A DNA stretch of 64,000 nt from Octopus sinensis (taxonomy: Eukaryota): positions 35,712,001 through 35,776,000 of the forward strand of contig NC_043003.1 in the NCBI RefSeq assembly GCF_006345805.1. The letters are read 5' to 3'. A program made the translations under genes and the position numbers. Under the pieces are notes generated by a model, which saw only the letters and a list, made by a program, of their open reading frames with translations, ran no database searches and had not been told where the DNA came from. Numbering within the stretch: the stretch's first letter is position 1; every line of letters starts with the position of its first letter. Positions 38,150 through 51,698 of this stretch are shown piece by piece.

Positions 38150-40640
38150 CCTTAATTGGTGACCTACTTAATGAAACGGTTAACTTTTCAGATTCCAGCT
38201 ATTCACAGCTCATTCAACCATAGTTTGTTACCCACGCATCAAACCTTCAAGAATAGCAACATGACTCACAACAACAACAATTACAGCTACAGCAACAACC
38301 ACAAAAACAGCAACAGACAGACCTTCAATCTACTACTATCCCAATTTGAGTTCAACAAAACTAAATGCTTACTTGATGATTCCTTAATGAATTTGCCAAA
38401 CACAAATGTACACAAATTAAAATCTATGCCTTTCACAGCCTCACTACGCAAGAAGCTGTGCACTGACGCCGATTGCAAATTCACTCATTTATCAAGGACT
38501 AGACCCTCAATTCCTGCTCCCAACAACAGTTATTACCAAAGTGCAGATTCAAAAACAACAGTACCACCACCCTCACCAAAAAGTAAACCAAACTTTTAAA
38601 AAAAACACTCATTTAAAACGGAACCCTAAAACCAGCCGCTATTCCCAGCATGATGGATTGTCTACAGCAATGTTGGTCATTTAACTATCTCGTCGCACAA
38701 ATAAAAATATAAATATCACCCCTAACCAATACAAAACCCACAACCACAAACGTTTTCAGTTTCCCAAACAAAACTTTTTTAGCCATAACGAGTCTGGGAA
38801 AAGAGCTGCAAAAGAACATTCTAGTCATCACACAATGCCAGCCTCTACCACCAACCTATTGCGCAAACTCCTATTGCTGCCATTAATTAGCAAATCACAA
38901 AAAAAGAACAGTCAAAATCAGCAACCACAATCGCCTCAACATTTTTGCTCAATGCACAAGGTATCAGCCCTTCCATTAATGTCCAAAAATGGAAGATCCG
39001 ATTTATTGAGGATTGGGTTAATTACCATTCACACCATATCCCTTTCTTCGTCCCCACAGAGACCCATTTCAATAACCTCCACTTGGAAGCTGAGGTGAGA
39101 GTGAAAAACTTTACAGCTATCTGTGCAAATCGTGTTGGCAGAAGAAAGGGTGGGACCACCATTTTCGTGTACGATTCTTTTTCGGCTGGAGCAATGGAGG
39201 TATTTACCAATAGCTGCTGTGAAACAAAATCTCTTTAGAGTAAAACCAACAATTTAACAGTAGTTGGGATCTATAAGCCACCCTTAACTCATTTTCTACG
39301 TTGCAAGGAATGCCTCAACAGTATTAAATGCTTCATCCATCAGTGTCCATGGCGACAACATATAATAACGATGGAGGACTTCAACTTTCCCAGTGTTGAT
39401 TGGTCCACAAACAGCATAAAACCAGATTTTTCCACCTCAACCCCTGATAAGGAAGCAATCAAACTGCTTCTTTATTTCCTGACCCAACTTTTTCTCGAGT
39501 CAACAAGGTGTTACAAAAACACCTTGGACCTAGTATCTAGTAACCACGCTGATATTATCCACAATATTGCAGTTGAAAAAAACACCTCCACTATCAGACC
39601 ATGACATGGTTCTCTATGATCTGAGATTCTACCATCCAAAGATCGAACCCAATGATATCTCTCCAGCCTGTCCATTTGACACTATGTATCTTCATAACGC
39701 AGACTGGAATGCGATCAATCGTAATCTTTCACAAGTTAATTGGGCCTTCACGCTGGCACCCCCAACATAAACACATTATGACAGACATTTGTAGAAACTG
39801 TAACAAATATACGCGCAAAACATACCCCATTAAGCTCAGTAAACATTTGCTAAGTGCAGAATCCGTAGAAATAGAAGAGCAATTATCAGTAAAATAAAAA
39901 CAATTAACAAGAAAATAAACAAGCGTAAATATTGCCAGCAGCAACGCAGCCATTCGATTGCCATTACATAACTCGAATCGAAAAAGCACAAAGTCCAAAA
40001 AAGCATGATGACCACCATTAACAAACCAAAAGCAGGTGAGGAGAATTGGGCCATTGAGAAAATAAAACTCTATCCCAAAGTGTTCTTTTCATTTGCAAAA
40101 GAAACATAAAGTCGCTGTTTCAAATGTTGGTCCTCTGCTTGATCAGTGCTCTACATGATACAAAATCCATTGACTATTGGGGTCGACTAATAAAGCTTAA
40201 TCTCTACTCTCTCCAACGCCGCCGAGAGCACTACATCATTCCGTGATGTGAAAAATATTCCATCAATAGTGCACAACCGATGTTAGCATCAATTTTAAAA
40301 CCCACCCATTACTTGGCCCCTGTGCTATCCGCACACAACAATCGAACTCAGGACACATACACACATTAGGACACAATTACTTTACCTCAACGAGTCCGGC
40401 TCCCTTTCATATTATACCAAAATACGTCAAAACGGTAACGGATCCCATAAAATTCAAAACCTCTTTGGACAAATTTCTCCAAAATGTCTCGGACTAGCCT
40501 CCTACACTCGGATATGTCTCCAATAATAAGAGCTCTTTGCTAGAGTGGGCCACGGCGCCCCATATATGACTTAAAGACTCTACGAGGTGTTACTATTAAG
40601 TAAACATGGCCTGGGCCAATACTGCCAGAAACCTATCAAA
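38150..40640 (+). mobile_element. CR1-like LINE with ORF1 remnant, endonuclease and 3' end but no RT core (deletion near 40140)
   Basis: Cys-rich LRKKLCTDADCKFTHL. APE motifs LNAQGI, PTETHF, NRVGRRKGGT, VGIYKPP, EDFNFPSVDW, NTLDLVSSN, LSDHDMV. LYPKVFFS then jumps to DYWGRLIKLNLYSLQRRREHYII and FKTSLDKFLQNVSD*P..GY..NNKSSLLEW. Tandem aagttat tail. Confidence 0.8.
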
Positions 40641-40683
40641 GTTATCACAGTTATATATACACACGCACATAGATATGTGTATA

Positions 40684-40728
<45 letters not shown>

Positions 40729-40858
40729 GGTATGTATCTCTCTCTCACTCTCTCTCTCTCTCACTCCCTCTCTCTCTATATATATATGTATATATATATA
40801 TATGTTTAAATATGCATGTATTAGTACGTATAAATATATATATATATACATATATACA

Positions 40859-40901
<43 letters not shown>

Positions 40902-41363
40902 ATATATATATCGAGTTAGAAAACAGATAGATCTAATGGATACAACTTATTTTACTAATTAATCAACATATTCACCAACAATAATTTCATTTCACAAATA
41001 AGATTGAAACTGCAAAACATACAGTAGTGACTAGCGGTTGTACAAAAAATGCTTGAGGACCATCCGCTATCTATCACTTATAAGACACATGGAAAACAAC
41101 CCCCTATTACAGAAGAATACGTCGAAACATTTGTAGTCGCTCTGGTCAACTAGACACTCCACCAGAGCTGCTCAACTTTGCAAGATATTCAGTGGGAAAC
41201 ATTAGTCCCTCAAAGCCGAAAAACTAGATCGTATCTAACCATCAATTAGCAAATTGCTTCAAGTCTTCAAAAGGAAAAGAAATACGCGATCAATGAGTCA
41301 TTAAGACAACAAGACAAACAATGCATACATACATAAATACATACACGCATACATTTATGTATG

Positions 41364-43545
41364 TTATTATTCAGTTTATTTCACGATTTCCCGCCAATAG
41401 AGAAAGAACCGGTTTCTAACCTAGATCCAAGGCACCTTCATTGGAATTTTGACATCAATAACAGGGTATTTTTTGTATGCATGTATGTATGTATGTATGT
41501 ATGTATGTATGTATGTATGTATGTATGTATGCATGTATGTATGTATGTTTGTATGTGCAGATTTGTATGTTTTATTATGTATATTTATGCATATAGTTGT
41601 ACATCTAGACATGCTCATATCTATTTAAATGATAAACTTCTGGAAAGTTTTAAAGATTTTTGCAGTTCCAGTGATGCATTGGATCAGTACTCTTCGAATT
41701 AGCTTACTCCCTTCTGGTTCTGAGAAGCCCAATTTCTGAAGATTGGCATTTAGGCAGTGTGATATATATCCCAGGGCCCCAATTATTACAGGTATAAACC
41801 TGAACTAATTAATATAGGTATAAACCTAAACTAATCTGGATAGAGTAACTGCAGATTTCTCAATAGTTCAGCATAGGTGTTCTCATTTTCCCTGATCTTC
41901 AGCTTTATGTTAACATCCACTGAGTAGCTAATTTCTAAAACTCTGCGCATTTTCTCTTCTCTATCCCAAATCATTATATCAGGTCTGTTGTCCTTACATT
42001 TTATTGAGGTCTTCCCTGGTACATTCCACCATCATTCATTTTTATTATGAGTGGCTATGGCTTCTACCGTACTGTGGGTTCTTATTTCTTTCTTCTCGGG
42101 ATTATCTTTCCGACGGATTTCATTATAGAGCACCTTAGCTCATCGGTAGATAATACCGTGATGACATTTTCGGACAACTGCTTATGATGTGGGTGATGCC
42201 TTCAGTGTGAACCCCACAATGTCTGCATCGGTTGTCACACTTTAGGGCTTTACCTGCATCTCTATCCTTTTTGTGCAGCATATAATTGTTTCATATTTCC
42301 TGTTCCTGGATTGCAAACGCATACTCTTCAAAGAGAGAGGTAATAATCCGGCAATTGGTCCATGATAAACTGCTTTGATGATCGATGTTAGTATTATCGC
42401 GGAGCTTTCATCCTTTCATCTGATGATACGTTGCGGTAGAGTCGTGCGACTTCTTTGGCCATGTATTCTAGGTTATCAAAAAGTGTTGCTCAAATAGCTG
42501 CCATCCAAGTCTTATTATGTTATCAGCCTCGTGTATGCACATTTGGTCAAGGGATGCACTTCGACACTTGGTGGTTAAATGATGTTACTGAAGGGATATG
42601 ATGCGACATTCAAAGGCATTTTGGATCGACGTTAAGTCTCTTCCGCCTTCTTTTCGTTCTAGGTAGGGGCTGTCTACATAACTGTTTATGTGGAAACTAT
42701 GTGTGTTTGTTAGTACTATTCGGGTTTTTACATCAATGTCTCGGATCTCATCAAGAGTCTAATCAAGCAGTCCAAATGTTGGTATGAGTACTGCCACTGC
42801 AAACACATTATGACCCACTACTTTACTGAATGCAGGGAGTTCTGGGGTTCAAATTTTCGTTATTTGGCTGTAATGTTCTTTAGTGATACGAGTTTTGTTA
42901 CAGGTGCCACTGTAAGATATATTTTCATCCACCCCTAGATACCTGTAATATTTCTCTTTAGATACAGGGGAAACAGTCAAATCATCAAGTTTTCATCTCA
43001 TGCATATTCTTTGCATAAAGTTTCAAGTCATCCACAAAGAAATAGTCTGTAATATTGATATTTCTGTTCCCTTGTGAACCAGTGAGATATCCTTCAGACT
43101 TCCTTCACATGAATGACAAGGAATTTACAGAATGTATAAACAACATCAAAGCGAAGCTGTCTGGAATATGCCTTTGCGATACTGTATTCCATCGGTGAGA
43201 ATACATTAACTCTTTATGTTTAATTTCAAGGTGGTGGCCCACGATGAAGTTAGGTCAGCTATGGATTGTAGTCAAGCCACATTGAAACTAGGTTCCTCCT
43301 ATGCTCTCACAACTCTGACATCAAAGTTTTGTTGATTAACAATTGCTCGGCATATCTCCAGACTCCCTTCCTCCCAGCTACTTGTTCTGCTGTGATAATA
43401 TTATTGGTTTCACAATGGTCCTGGAGGAAGAGGTTTAAACATGCTGTATATATTTTATACATTAAGTTCTGGCATGCAAGTGGCCAGTAGTTTTTTATAT
43501 ACTCGCAACCCAGAAAAAGGCGGATATTCTAGACCAATTTCCAAC
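41364..43545 (-). mobile_element. 5'-truncated R4/Dong/NeSL-type LINE (RT, CCHC and REL domains), pseudogenised
   Basis: Minus strand: KNYWPLACQNLMYKIYT...EQLLINK...WLDY, FFVDDLKLYAKN, YRYLGVDEN, FAIQEQEI, CRHCGVHTEGITHIISSCP, NRPDIMIWDREEK, RNLQLLYPD. The 3' UTR has internal (CATA)n and a terminal ~110-bp module (41364-41474). Confidence 0.9.
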
Positions 43546-44844
43546 TTTATTGCACCACCGTATATCTACCCCTTGCCGATATGTGTGTGAATAAGTAGTA
43601 TGTGTGTTTATATATATATATATATATTTATATAGTGTGTGTGTGTGTATGCGTGTATATATATCCATATGTACATAACGGGAATTAAATTTTCCCACAC
43701 CTAATTATAAATGTATAAGGGCATCTTTAACGTGACGAACTTCGTGTTATGCCAGTCTTATATATTGCGTTATCTTTAGTAACGTATTTTGCCTTCGCAG
43801 CGTGACACATTTCTCAATTTTGGTTACTCAACGTGTTCGTAGTCCATGTTGAACTTAGAAAACCTTTGTATGCTGGATTGATTATCAGTCTTCTTGTAGT
43901 GTGTGTATGCGTATCGTTCAAATCAATATGCACTATTGTTTCAAAGCAAAAACAAAATAACCCAGTTTAAGTTGTACTGGGTTCATATCTATATTCCTGC
44001 ACCTTCTTATCTTTTTTAAATATTCATTCTTCTTTATCAAACTGTGTCTGTTTATCATTCTTTTCACACACCGTATCTTTTATTCACCAGTTCATGTTTT
44101 CTCTGTTCTCTTTTACTCTAACACAATCCAGCTCACCGTTTTCTCTCACCTATGCATTACGAAACAAGAAAAAAATGGCAAAGAGAGAGACAGAGAGAGA
44201 GAGTAAAGAGAAAGATAGGGAGTAAGTCATGTAAAATAGATTTAAAATTATGCGTAGCTTTATACTGTTAAACATGCATTTGCTTACATATTTACCTTTT
44301 TATCCTATATGTATGTGTCTGTCTGTACGTACAGGTGTATATGTTTAAGTATATGTGTTGTCCAAGTACAAGCCACATTCCCTTCTGTCGTTTCTCTTTC
44401 TTTTAGTACATGTTTTTTTTAATTCATACAAATTACCTCAGCCAAGAGTGCGTTATACACTTCTGAGCAAGTCTACGTCCCTTGGCTACTCTGGATAACG
44501 TTGGATAATTGTCGCCGTGATGATACATACTGATGCAGAAACACATATCCACTAAGCAGGTACTTTTGCTGAATGTGTGTAAAACTTGAGAGGATTTTGG
44601 ATTCGTAAAATCATTACACCTTCTCATACGGGGGCGGTCTTAATTTCCACCTGGCAATTATGATGCATCCTCTATAACTGGAGAGAATTTTGATGAATCA
44701 GCAACTTGGGTTGCATGAAATATAATTTACTTCTAGATGTCTATGCTGATCATCAAATACTTGTCACCGTCCACGCGGAGTTATCTTAGTTTATATTTGT
44801 TCGAATACATACACACATGCACATATATATATATACTACGACAC

Positions 44845-45208
44845 TACGTCGGTTACGACGACGAGGGTTCCAGTTGTTCCAATCAACGGAACAGGCTGCT
44901 CGTGAAATTAACGTGCAAGTGGCTGAGCACTCCACGACACGTGAACCATTATTGTAGTTCACGGGGAGATTCAACGTTACACAGAGTGTGACAAGGCTGG
45001 CCCTTTGAAATACAGGTACAACAGAAACAGGAAGAAAGTGTGAGAGAAATTTGTGGTGAAAGAGCACAGCAGGGTTTGCCACCCTGCCGGAGCATTTGGA
45101 GCTTAAGTGTTTTCACTCAATAAACACCCACAATGCTCGGTCTGGGAATCGAAACCACGATCCTATGTCCGCGAGTACACTGCCCTAACCACTGGGCCAT
45201 TGCGCCTC
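44845..45208 (-). mobile_element. tRNA-derived SINE (family 3)
   Basis: Head on minus: gaggcgcaatggcccagtggttaggg...ggtttcgattcccagacc (A and B boxes). Confidence 0.85.
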
Positions 45209-45261
45209 GACAGAGCTAGAGTAATATGCTTTATTGAAAAGCAGCAAATATATCACAAAAA

Positions 45262-45299
45262 CTGCTACTCAGAGTTTCACGTTCCCGGTCGTCGGACTG
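45262..45299 (-). ncRNA. Variant hammerhead motif (CCGACGA core) in an inverted arm upstream of the Penelope ORF
   Basis: Minus strand: cagt-CCGACGA-ccg-GGAA-cgt-GAA-actc-t-gagt-A-gcag. U4 replaced by C; helix I imperfect. Confidence 0.5.
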
Positions 45300-45589
45300 T
45301 TTTGTTTAGAATGGAACAAAAATAAGGTTACAAGAAAGCCTATACAATTTGTTTAATGGATACACACTAGAAAATGGTTTTGTTTCATTGCTCCTTTCAA
45401 CTAAGTCTTTATAAATAACCGGCTGCCTACACGCGCGCATATATATATACGTATGAAGGCGTATATCATCAATTTCTTCGGATGAGACAGCATTTCAAAA
45501 TGTTGCGCCGTATTACAATAATGCATTAAGGAAAAGTGAAATCTCGGAGTAGATACAATTTAGTAAAGTTAATTATAGCAATAATAGGC

Positions 45590-46350
45590 AACGTAGAACT
45601 AGAACTAGGTAAGTTTTATGGTTTAACCCCGCATCTAATATGGCCGTAAAAACTAATATAGGTAGAGAATTCTTAAAATTAGTTTCTAAGCATTTTCAAT
45701 CTGGCCATAAGTTCTATAGCATATTTAATAGGAGAACGCTGAAGGTTAGTTATTCTTGTTGCAAAAACTTCGCATCTTTTACTAGCCAGCATAACATAAA
45801 AATTACTACAAACAACTACAGTTCCGAATCTAATCTGAGGAAATGCAAACTGCAAAGATGAGACTTACTGTTCGTTGGAATGAAAAAGTTTTGGAAAAGG
45901 TATTGTTTACAGAGCCAAAGTGCAAGTAGATGGCTCGCAAGAATATAAAACATATACAGGGTCTTCAGAGAATTCATTCAAGACTCGATTCTATTCCCGA
46001 GAACAGGACAGCGACTGTCTTGCAAAGCATGTCTGGGAATTTGAAGCGAATGATACCCGTCCTTTCCGATATCACGAGAACAAGACAGCGACTGTCTTGC
46101 AAAGAAAGTCTGAGAATTAAAAGAGAATGATACCCGTCCGTTCAACGTAACCTGGACAATTTTTGAAAAAGCATCAGCATACAGACATGGAGCTTATAAG
46201 AAACCTATAAAATGTAATCTTTGTCTCTCAGAGAAGTTCTTCATTTTGTTCCAGGATAAAAACGCTCTGAACCAGAGACGCGAGCTCTTAAATTCCTGCG
46301 GGCATGCCACAAAATTTATAATGTCAACGGACAAAATACCGTATGGGTAA
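45590..46350 (+). pseudogene. Penelope-like element: C-terminal RT linker and GIY-YIG endonuclease, frameshifted
   Basis: VLWFNPA..AVKTNIGREFLKLVSKHF...HKFYSIFNRRTLKVSYSC, GIVYRAKV...KTYTGSSENSFKTRFY, LAKHVWEF, FNVTWTIFEKA...KCNLCLSEKFFILF..KNALNQRRELLNSCGH. Confidence 0.9.
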
Positions 46351-47254
46351 AATATTTTGACTTTCGAAATATATTTTTTGACTGTCGTATTTAAATTTGA
46401 CTTTTCACGGTATAGTTATTTTGTATCACAACGCTAAGGTATATTGCGAATTCATTATTAAGAAAACCTTCAACTGTTTTATAACTTTAAATTTAATCTT
46501 AAGCTTAAGCTTTGCCGAGGTTTAATTTTATTATTTTTATTTATATTTTTATCTTTACTCACGTAGTTAATTATGCTATATCAAATTAATGTATAAATTC
46601 CTTATATTACATTTTAATATTATACACACTGAACAGTATTTTTAAAAAATTGTTTGCATATATACGTTATGAAGTAGATATGTCCTCTATATATTTATGT
46701 GTACGTATGTATTGTAGGTTTGTATATGTATATATATGCATGTATGAGTGTGTACGTATATATATGCGCGTGTGTATGTGCATATATATATATACATATA
46801 TATATATACATTCATATAGAAATGTGCATTATATGTGTGTATACTTTTATATATGTGAACATGTATTTGCGTACATATTTTTGTATTTTTGTATACTTGC
46901 TTGCGTATTCATATCTGTGTATATTTGTATATATATTTATACTTATGTAAATATACACGTAATTTTATGTGTACATTTTTATGTGTTCGTTGCGCAAGCT
47001 ATATGATGTATCCAAATATTATTGGTTACTTTCGGGGGTCATTATGTAGCACTCCCAGCCCTTATCTATTTCCCCCTTTCTCTCGGATATAACTTTTAAT
47101 GTATTAATTGATTAATATTTTACAAATGATTACTTACCCTCCGTATTTAGGCTCTGTCCCTCTTTATACGCTATTCTTGATTTAAGGTTCTCTTCGATTT
47201 TATAATATGATTTTATGCCGAATTTTGTTCATTGCATGCAAGCGATTATTGTAA

Positions 47255-47395
47255 AGACCGTTAGTTGAAAAGACTAATGAAACAAAACACTTTTCAAATG
47301 TGTATCCATTAAACTAATTGCATATGTTTGCTTATAACCTTATTTTTTTCCATTCCAAACAAAACTGTCCTCGATCTTCAGGTCGAGGCAATTAG
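47255..47395. repeat. Inverted, diverged homologue of 45290-45420
   Basis: ttagttgaaaag..aatgaaacaaaac...gtgtatccattaaac...ccattc.aaacaaaac is the reverse complement of the left arm. Confidence 0.7.
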
Positions 47396-47399
47396 ATCA

Positions 47400-47580
47400 T
47401 ATTACGATTCACCTTTCAAACTGCTGATACTGTCTGTTGGTCTGAAGTCCTGATACAAGCGTCACCGTTCTCTGGTGATAAAATAGGATTTGAACTCGGA
47501 AGGCTAGGCCTGATTGGAGGCCCAGCCTATAGCGAAAGGCCTATTTCCACCCAGGCATTTCGCGACACTCTTAAACCCAG
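47400..47580 (-). mobile_element. Probable tRNA-derived SINE of another family
   Basis: B-box-like ccgagttcaaatcc on the minus strand (~47488-47501) preceded by a GC-rich head. Confidence 0.4.
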
Positions 47581-47782
47581 AAATGTTTCAGTAACCTCTC
47601 GTGTGTGTGTGTGTGAGTATGTATGCATGCATGTATATATGTATGTGTGTATGTGTGTATAAATATGTAGGAGTGTGTATATGAATATGTATGTATGTAT
47701 GTATGTGTGTGTGTTAAATAAAATGAGACAACAAAGCCAAGGCTGTGTGGAGTTTTCAGGAGATTTATGAAAGAGAAATTTA

Positions 47783-47830
47783 GTCTTACAGCTGTTTCTG
47801 GGATATTAGAGATATCCCTTCATCAGAGAC
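47783..47830 (-). ncRNA. Type-I hammerhead ribozyme motif, family D (left arm)
   Basis: Minus strand: gtct-CTGATGA-a-gggatat-ctcta-atatccc-a-GAA-acagctgt-A-agac. Confidence 0.8.
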
Positions 47831-48481
47831 GATGTGTGATAGTTAAATACAAGGAAATATTGGAGTTCAATATGAGGAGTTATTTTGGAAAAGGAAGCAA
47901 ATAAGGAGTATATAGGGAAATAGGAGAATGAATGTCGAAATAAAAATAAATATAAGTGTATCAAAATGTTACAGTTGCAGTTCCATTATCCAAGGAAAGT
48001 GGTGTGTAGAAGTGGTAGGAATTCTGCTGTCCGTAGTATGTAAATTCCAATAGGAGTCCATATTTTGTAATTACAAATGGAACGATTTGAGACGTAGATT
48101 CCGTGTGCTATTCATTGAAAGGAATCTTGTGGCGTCAATGAAAAATTAGGAATGTATTGGTAGATAGCGAGGAGAGAAGTGATGTGTATGTTAGAAGGAA
48201 GAGAGAGGTCAAACGAATAGGAGAGAACAGAAGGAAAAAGAGGAAGGGAAAATGAAAACAAGAAGAGAAAGGGGAAAAGTGCATGAATGTGAAAAGAGTG
48301 TTAGTTGGTGGTCAAGGTATTATGAAGAGGGTGGGAGAGGCCTAGGGGTAGGAAGAGAAACGAATGTAAGTAATGAATAGGAGTGAGGTGTGTGAGGTGG
48401 GGGATATGTTAGAATGTAATTTCCTTTGATCTTCACTCACATTGAACTCTATTACTTTCCTCTATTTAACCATCACACATC

Positions 48482-48529
48482 GTCTCTGATGAAGGGATAT
48501 CTCTAATATCCTAGAAACAGCTGTAAGAT
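48482..48529 (+). ncRNA. Type-I hammerhead ribozyme motif, family D (right arm)
   Basis: gtct-CTGATGA-a-gggatat-ctcta-atatcct-a-GAA-acagctgt-A-agat; its two stem differences from the left arm give G-U pairs. Confidence 0.75.
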
Positions 48530-48991
48530 TAACTTTCTCTTTATAAATGCCCTGGAAATTCCACACAACCTTGGCTTGTTGTCTCATATTATTTAACAAA
48601 TACATGCTCATACAAGACCCGCGTAAGACACCTCACTTGTATCATTATTGAACGGAGATTTTAACTACAGTCATTCCATAGCACTTGCATAGCGCTACCT
48701 GCCATCTTAGGTTTTCTGGTTACAAATAACGCGTGTGTACATGTGTTTATGTATAACAAATGGCAGAGACGAAAAGTGGAATATGCGTGAAATTTGTTGC
48801 ACACAATGATCGTTTCAACCCATACAGCATCATTCCCTCACGGTGGGATACTGTAAAATTTGCTATGGTGAATCCCTCTCAGGAGAGGTTCCCCATCAGG
48901 TGATTTTACAAAGCGTATCCGTAAATAAACGCTGTTTCGCTCGGTTTTACTACACCATGATGTTAGTGATCGTAGATTTTAAGTTTTTAGG

Positions 48992-49038
<47 letters not shown>

Positions 49039-49094
49039 TATTATATTATATTACATTATATATATATATATATCATATTATATTATATTACATT

Positions 49095-49163
<69 letters not shown>

Positions 49164-49299
49164 CATATATACATATATACATATATCAAATGGATGTCTT
49201 ATAAAACTATGATGCACATAAAATAGCAGCTATACAAATAATCCAACACACTAAAAGAAGTGTTGTTTGGGAACAAACATATCTTAGATATCACCACAT

Positions 49300-49906
49300 T
49301 CATTGAAGACCTCAATTAAATGTAAGCAGAACAAACCTGATACAATGATTTGGGATAGAAAAGAGAGTATCTGTACAGTTGTGGAAATCTGAAGATCAGT
49401 GAAAAAGAGAGCAATCAGGATCAGTTATTGAGAAATCTGCAATTACTCTATCCAGATTACAAGTTCAGGTTCATACCTGTAATGAGATATGTAACACACT
49501 GCATAAATACCAATCCTGAGAAACTGACCTTCTCTAAACCAGAAAGGAGAAATCTAATTCGAGAACTACAGATCCAATCCATCATTGGAAATGTAATAAT
49601 CTGTAAAACTTTCCAGAAGTATAACAATTAAATATATATGATCATGTCTAGATATGAAACTATATGCATAAGTATACATACATAAAAGATACAAATCTGC
49701 ACATATATAATGCAAAAATACATATATATATATACATAATGCACACATACATACATTATTGCACACATGCATACATACATACATACATACATACAAACAA
49801 AAATACCATATTGTTGATGATGAAATTCCAATGAAGGAAACTTGGATCTAGGTTAGAAACCGGCTCTTTCTCTGTTGGCAAGAAATCTTGAAATAAACTG
49901 GATAAT
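49300..49906 (+). mobile_element. 3' fragment of the same R4/Dong-like family as 41364-43545
   Basis: KCKQNKPDTMIWDRKE...RNLQLLYPDYKFRFIPV...KTFQKY, shared 3' UTR, (CATA)n and terminal module. Confidence 0.85.
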
Positions 49907-49909
49907 GGC

Positions 49910-50090
49910 ATACATACATACGTACATACATACATACGTACATACATACATACATACATACGTACATACATACATACATACATACATACATACATACGCA
50001 CGTACATACATACATACATGCATACATACATACATACATACATACATACATACATACATACATACATACATACATACATACATACATACA
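49910..50090. repeat. (CATA)n microsatellite
   Basis: Read directly. Confidence 0.95.
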
Positions 50091-50360
50091 TAGTGTGTGT
50101 GCATGAATGTTTCAAGTATGTGTACGTATGTCTCATACAAATTGCAAGGAAAGATTTTCAAAAGAGGTGACACAGTTATTGGATAATTATAATAAATAGT
50201 TATATAATTAGAATGATGTATATAGATGAATACCGAAAATTCTTATATGATGTAAGAGCTTATCCTTACGATTACATGCTGTGACCTAGAGTTACTAACA
50301 GTTTAAACAACTCAGTACAAGCATCCAATACATATATACATACATACATATATCTATCCA

Positions 50361-50417
<57 letters not shown>

Positions 50418-51443
50418 AATATAAATATTTATATATACACACACACACAAACATATATATGTGTGTGTGGTGCATATATGTATATAGATTGATAAATGTA
50501 AATACATTCACATACCCATATGTATAGAGATTTAAATGTGTAAATACATTCACAAATCCACATGCATATAGGTATATACATACGTAGATATGGGATATGT
50601 ATTTTTCTTTTGTATTTACTAATTTGACGTTTGTGCTTAAATGCGATGAATATCAGATAGGTGAAAACAGATGCAAACAATTATGTGTGTGTATATAGTC
50701 ACAAATACTCACACACACACACACACACACACTTACACACACACACATTGAGACATAGACATATGTACATACAGACACATGTACACACAACGCATGTATA
50801 TATACATATACGCCTATGTATATATACATCTATATATATATATATATATATGTATACACACACACATACGCACACATTTATATAGTAAGGACGTACTTTT
50901 ATAAAAATATGGCAGTAAATTAAGACAAATAAGTATTAAATTTGATCTAAGAATATATCATATTCTAATTTGATTCCTACACTAACTAACATTGACGGAT
51001 TTATTATTCACTTAGTTTAAGTGAATGAAGAGAATACTATATTATAGTCAACAAGATTTAGAATATCACTTGTAATTATTCATACATATAAAAATGTATT
51101 TGTGAAATTCTACAAAAGTTTTCATAAATACAGTATTTCGTGTACACTCGCATACACACATACATACACATACATCAACAAACACACACACACAAGCACA
51201 CACGCACACACATATATGAGTTATAAATGAAGGGATAAATAGTATGATAATATTTTTATAACCATTGATATCACAACAATTGTTTCGTAAATTGAACCAA
51301 ATATAATTTATTTTATTGTAATCAATAATGAGATAATTACTTACGTGTGTGCATTAATATAAGCAATCTTTTAAATCAAGATAGACATTAAGCTAGCTCA
51401 CGGGGTGAGAGAAACATCCGTGTTAAATGTTAATATATATATA

Positions 51444-51498
<55 letters not shown>

Positions 51499-51502
51499 AT
51501 AT

Positions 51503-51535
<33 letters not shown>

Positions 51536-51596
51536 CATATAGATATACATACATGCATATATACATACATACGTATATACATACATACATACACAT

Positions 51597-51698
51597 AAAA
51601 GTACCCTGTTGTTGATATTGAAATTGCAGTGAATTGAATCTAGGTTAGAAACCGGCTCTTTCTCTATTGGCAAGAAATCTTAAAATAAAACCGATAAT
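51597..51698 (+). mobile_element. Solo 3'-terminal module of the R4/Dong-like family
   Basis: aaaagtaccctgttgttgat...atctaggttagaaaccggctctttctctattggcaagaaatctt, embedded in CATA repeats. Confidence 0.8.

Larger units (their letters stand above)
47722..48595. mobile_element. Inverted-arm Penelope-type element, family D, with ~550-bp unidentified core
   Basis: ~47722-47880 and ~48432-48595 are diverged inverted copies, each with an outward-facing HHR. Confidence 0.75.

Noticed and set aside
45130-45208. tRNA genes at SINE heads (also 18129, 36310, 52290-52352)
   Set aside because: A and B boxes are present, but they run straight into SINE bodies and lack a complete cloverleaf.
47500-47550. 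CTGATTGGAG...GCGAAAGG three-way-junction look-alike
   Set aside because: The core does not match CUGANGA and there is no helix III or cleavage triplet; more likely SINE head structure.
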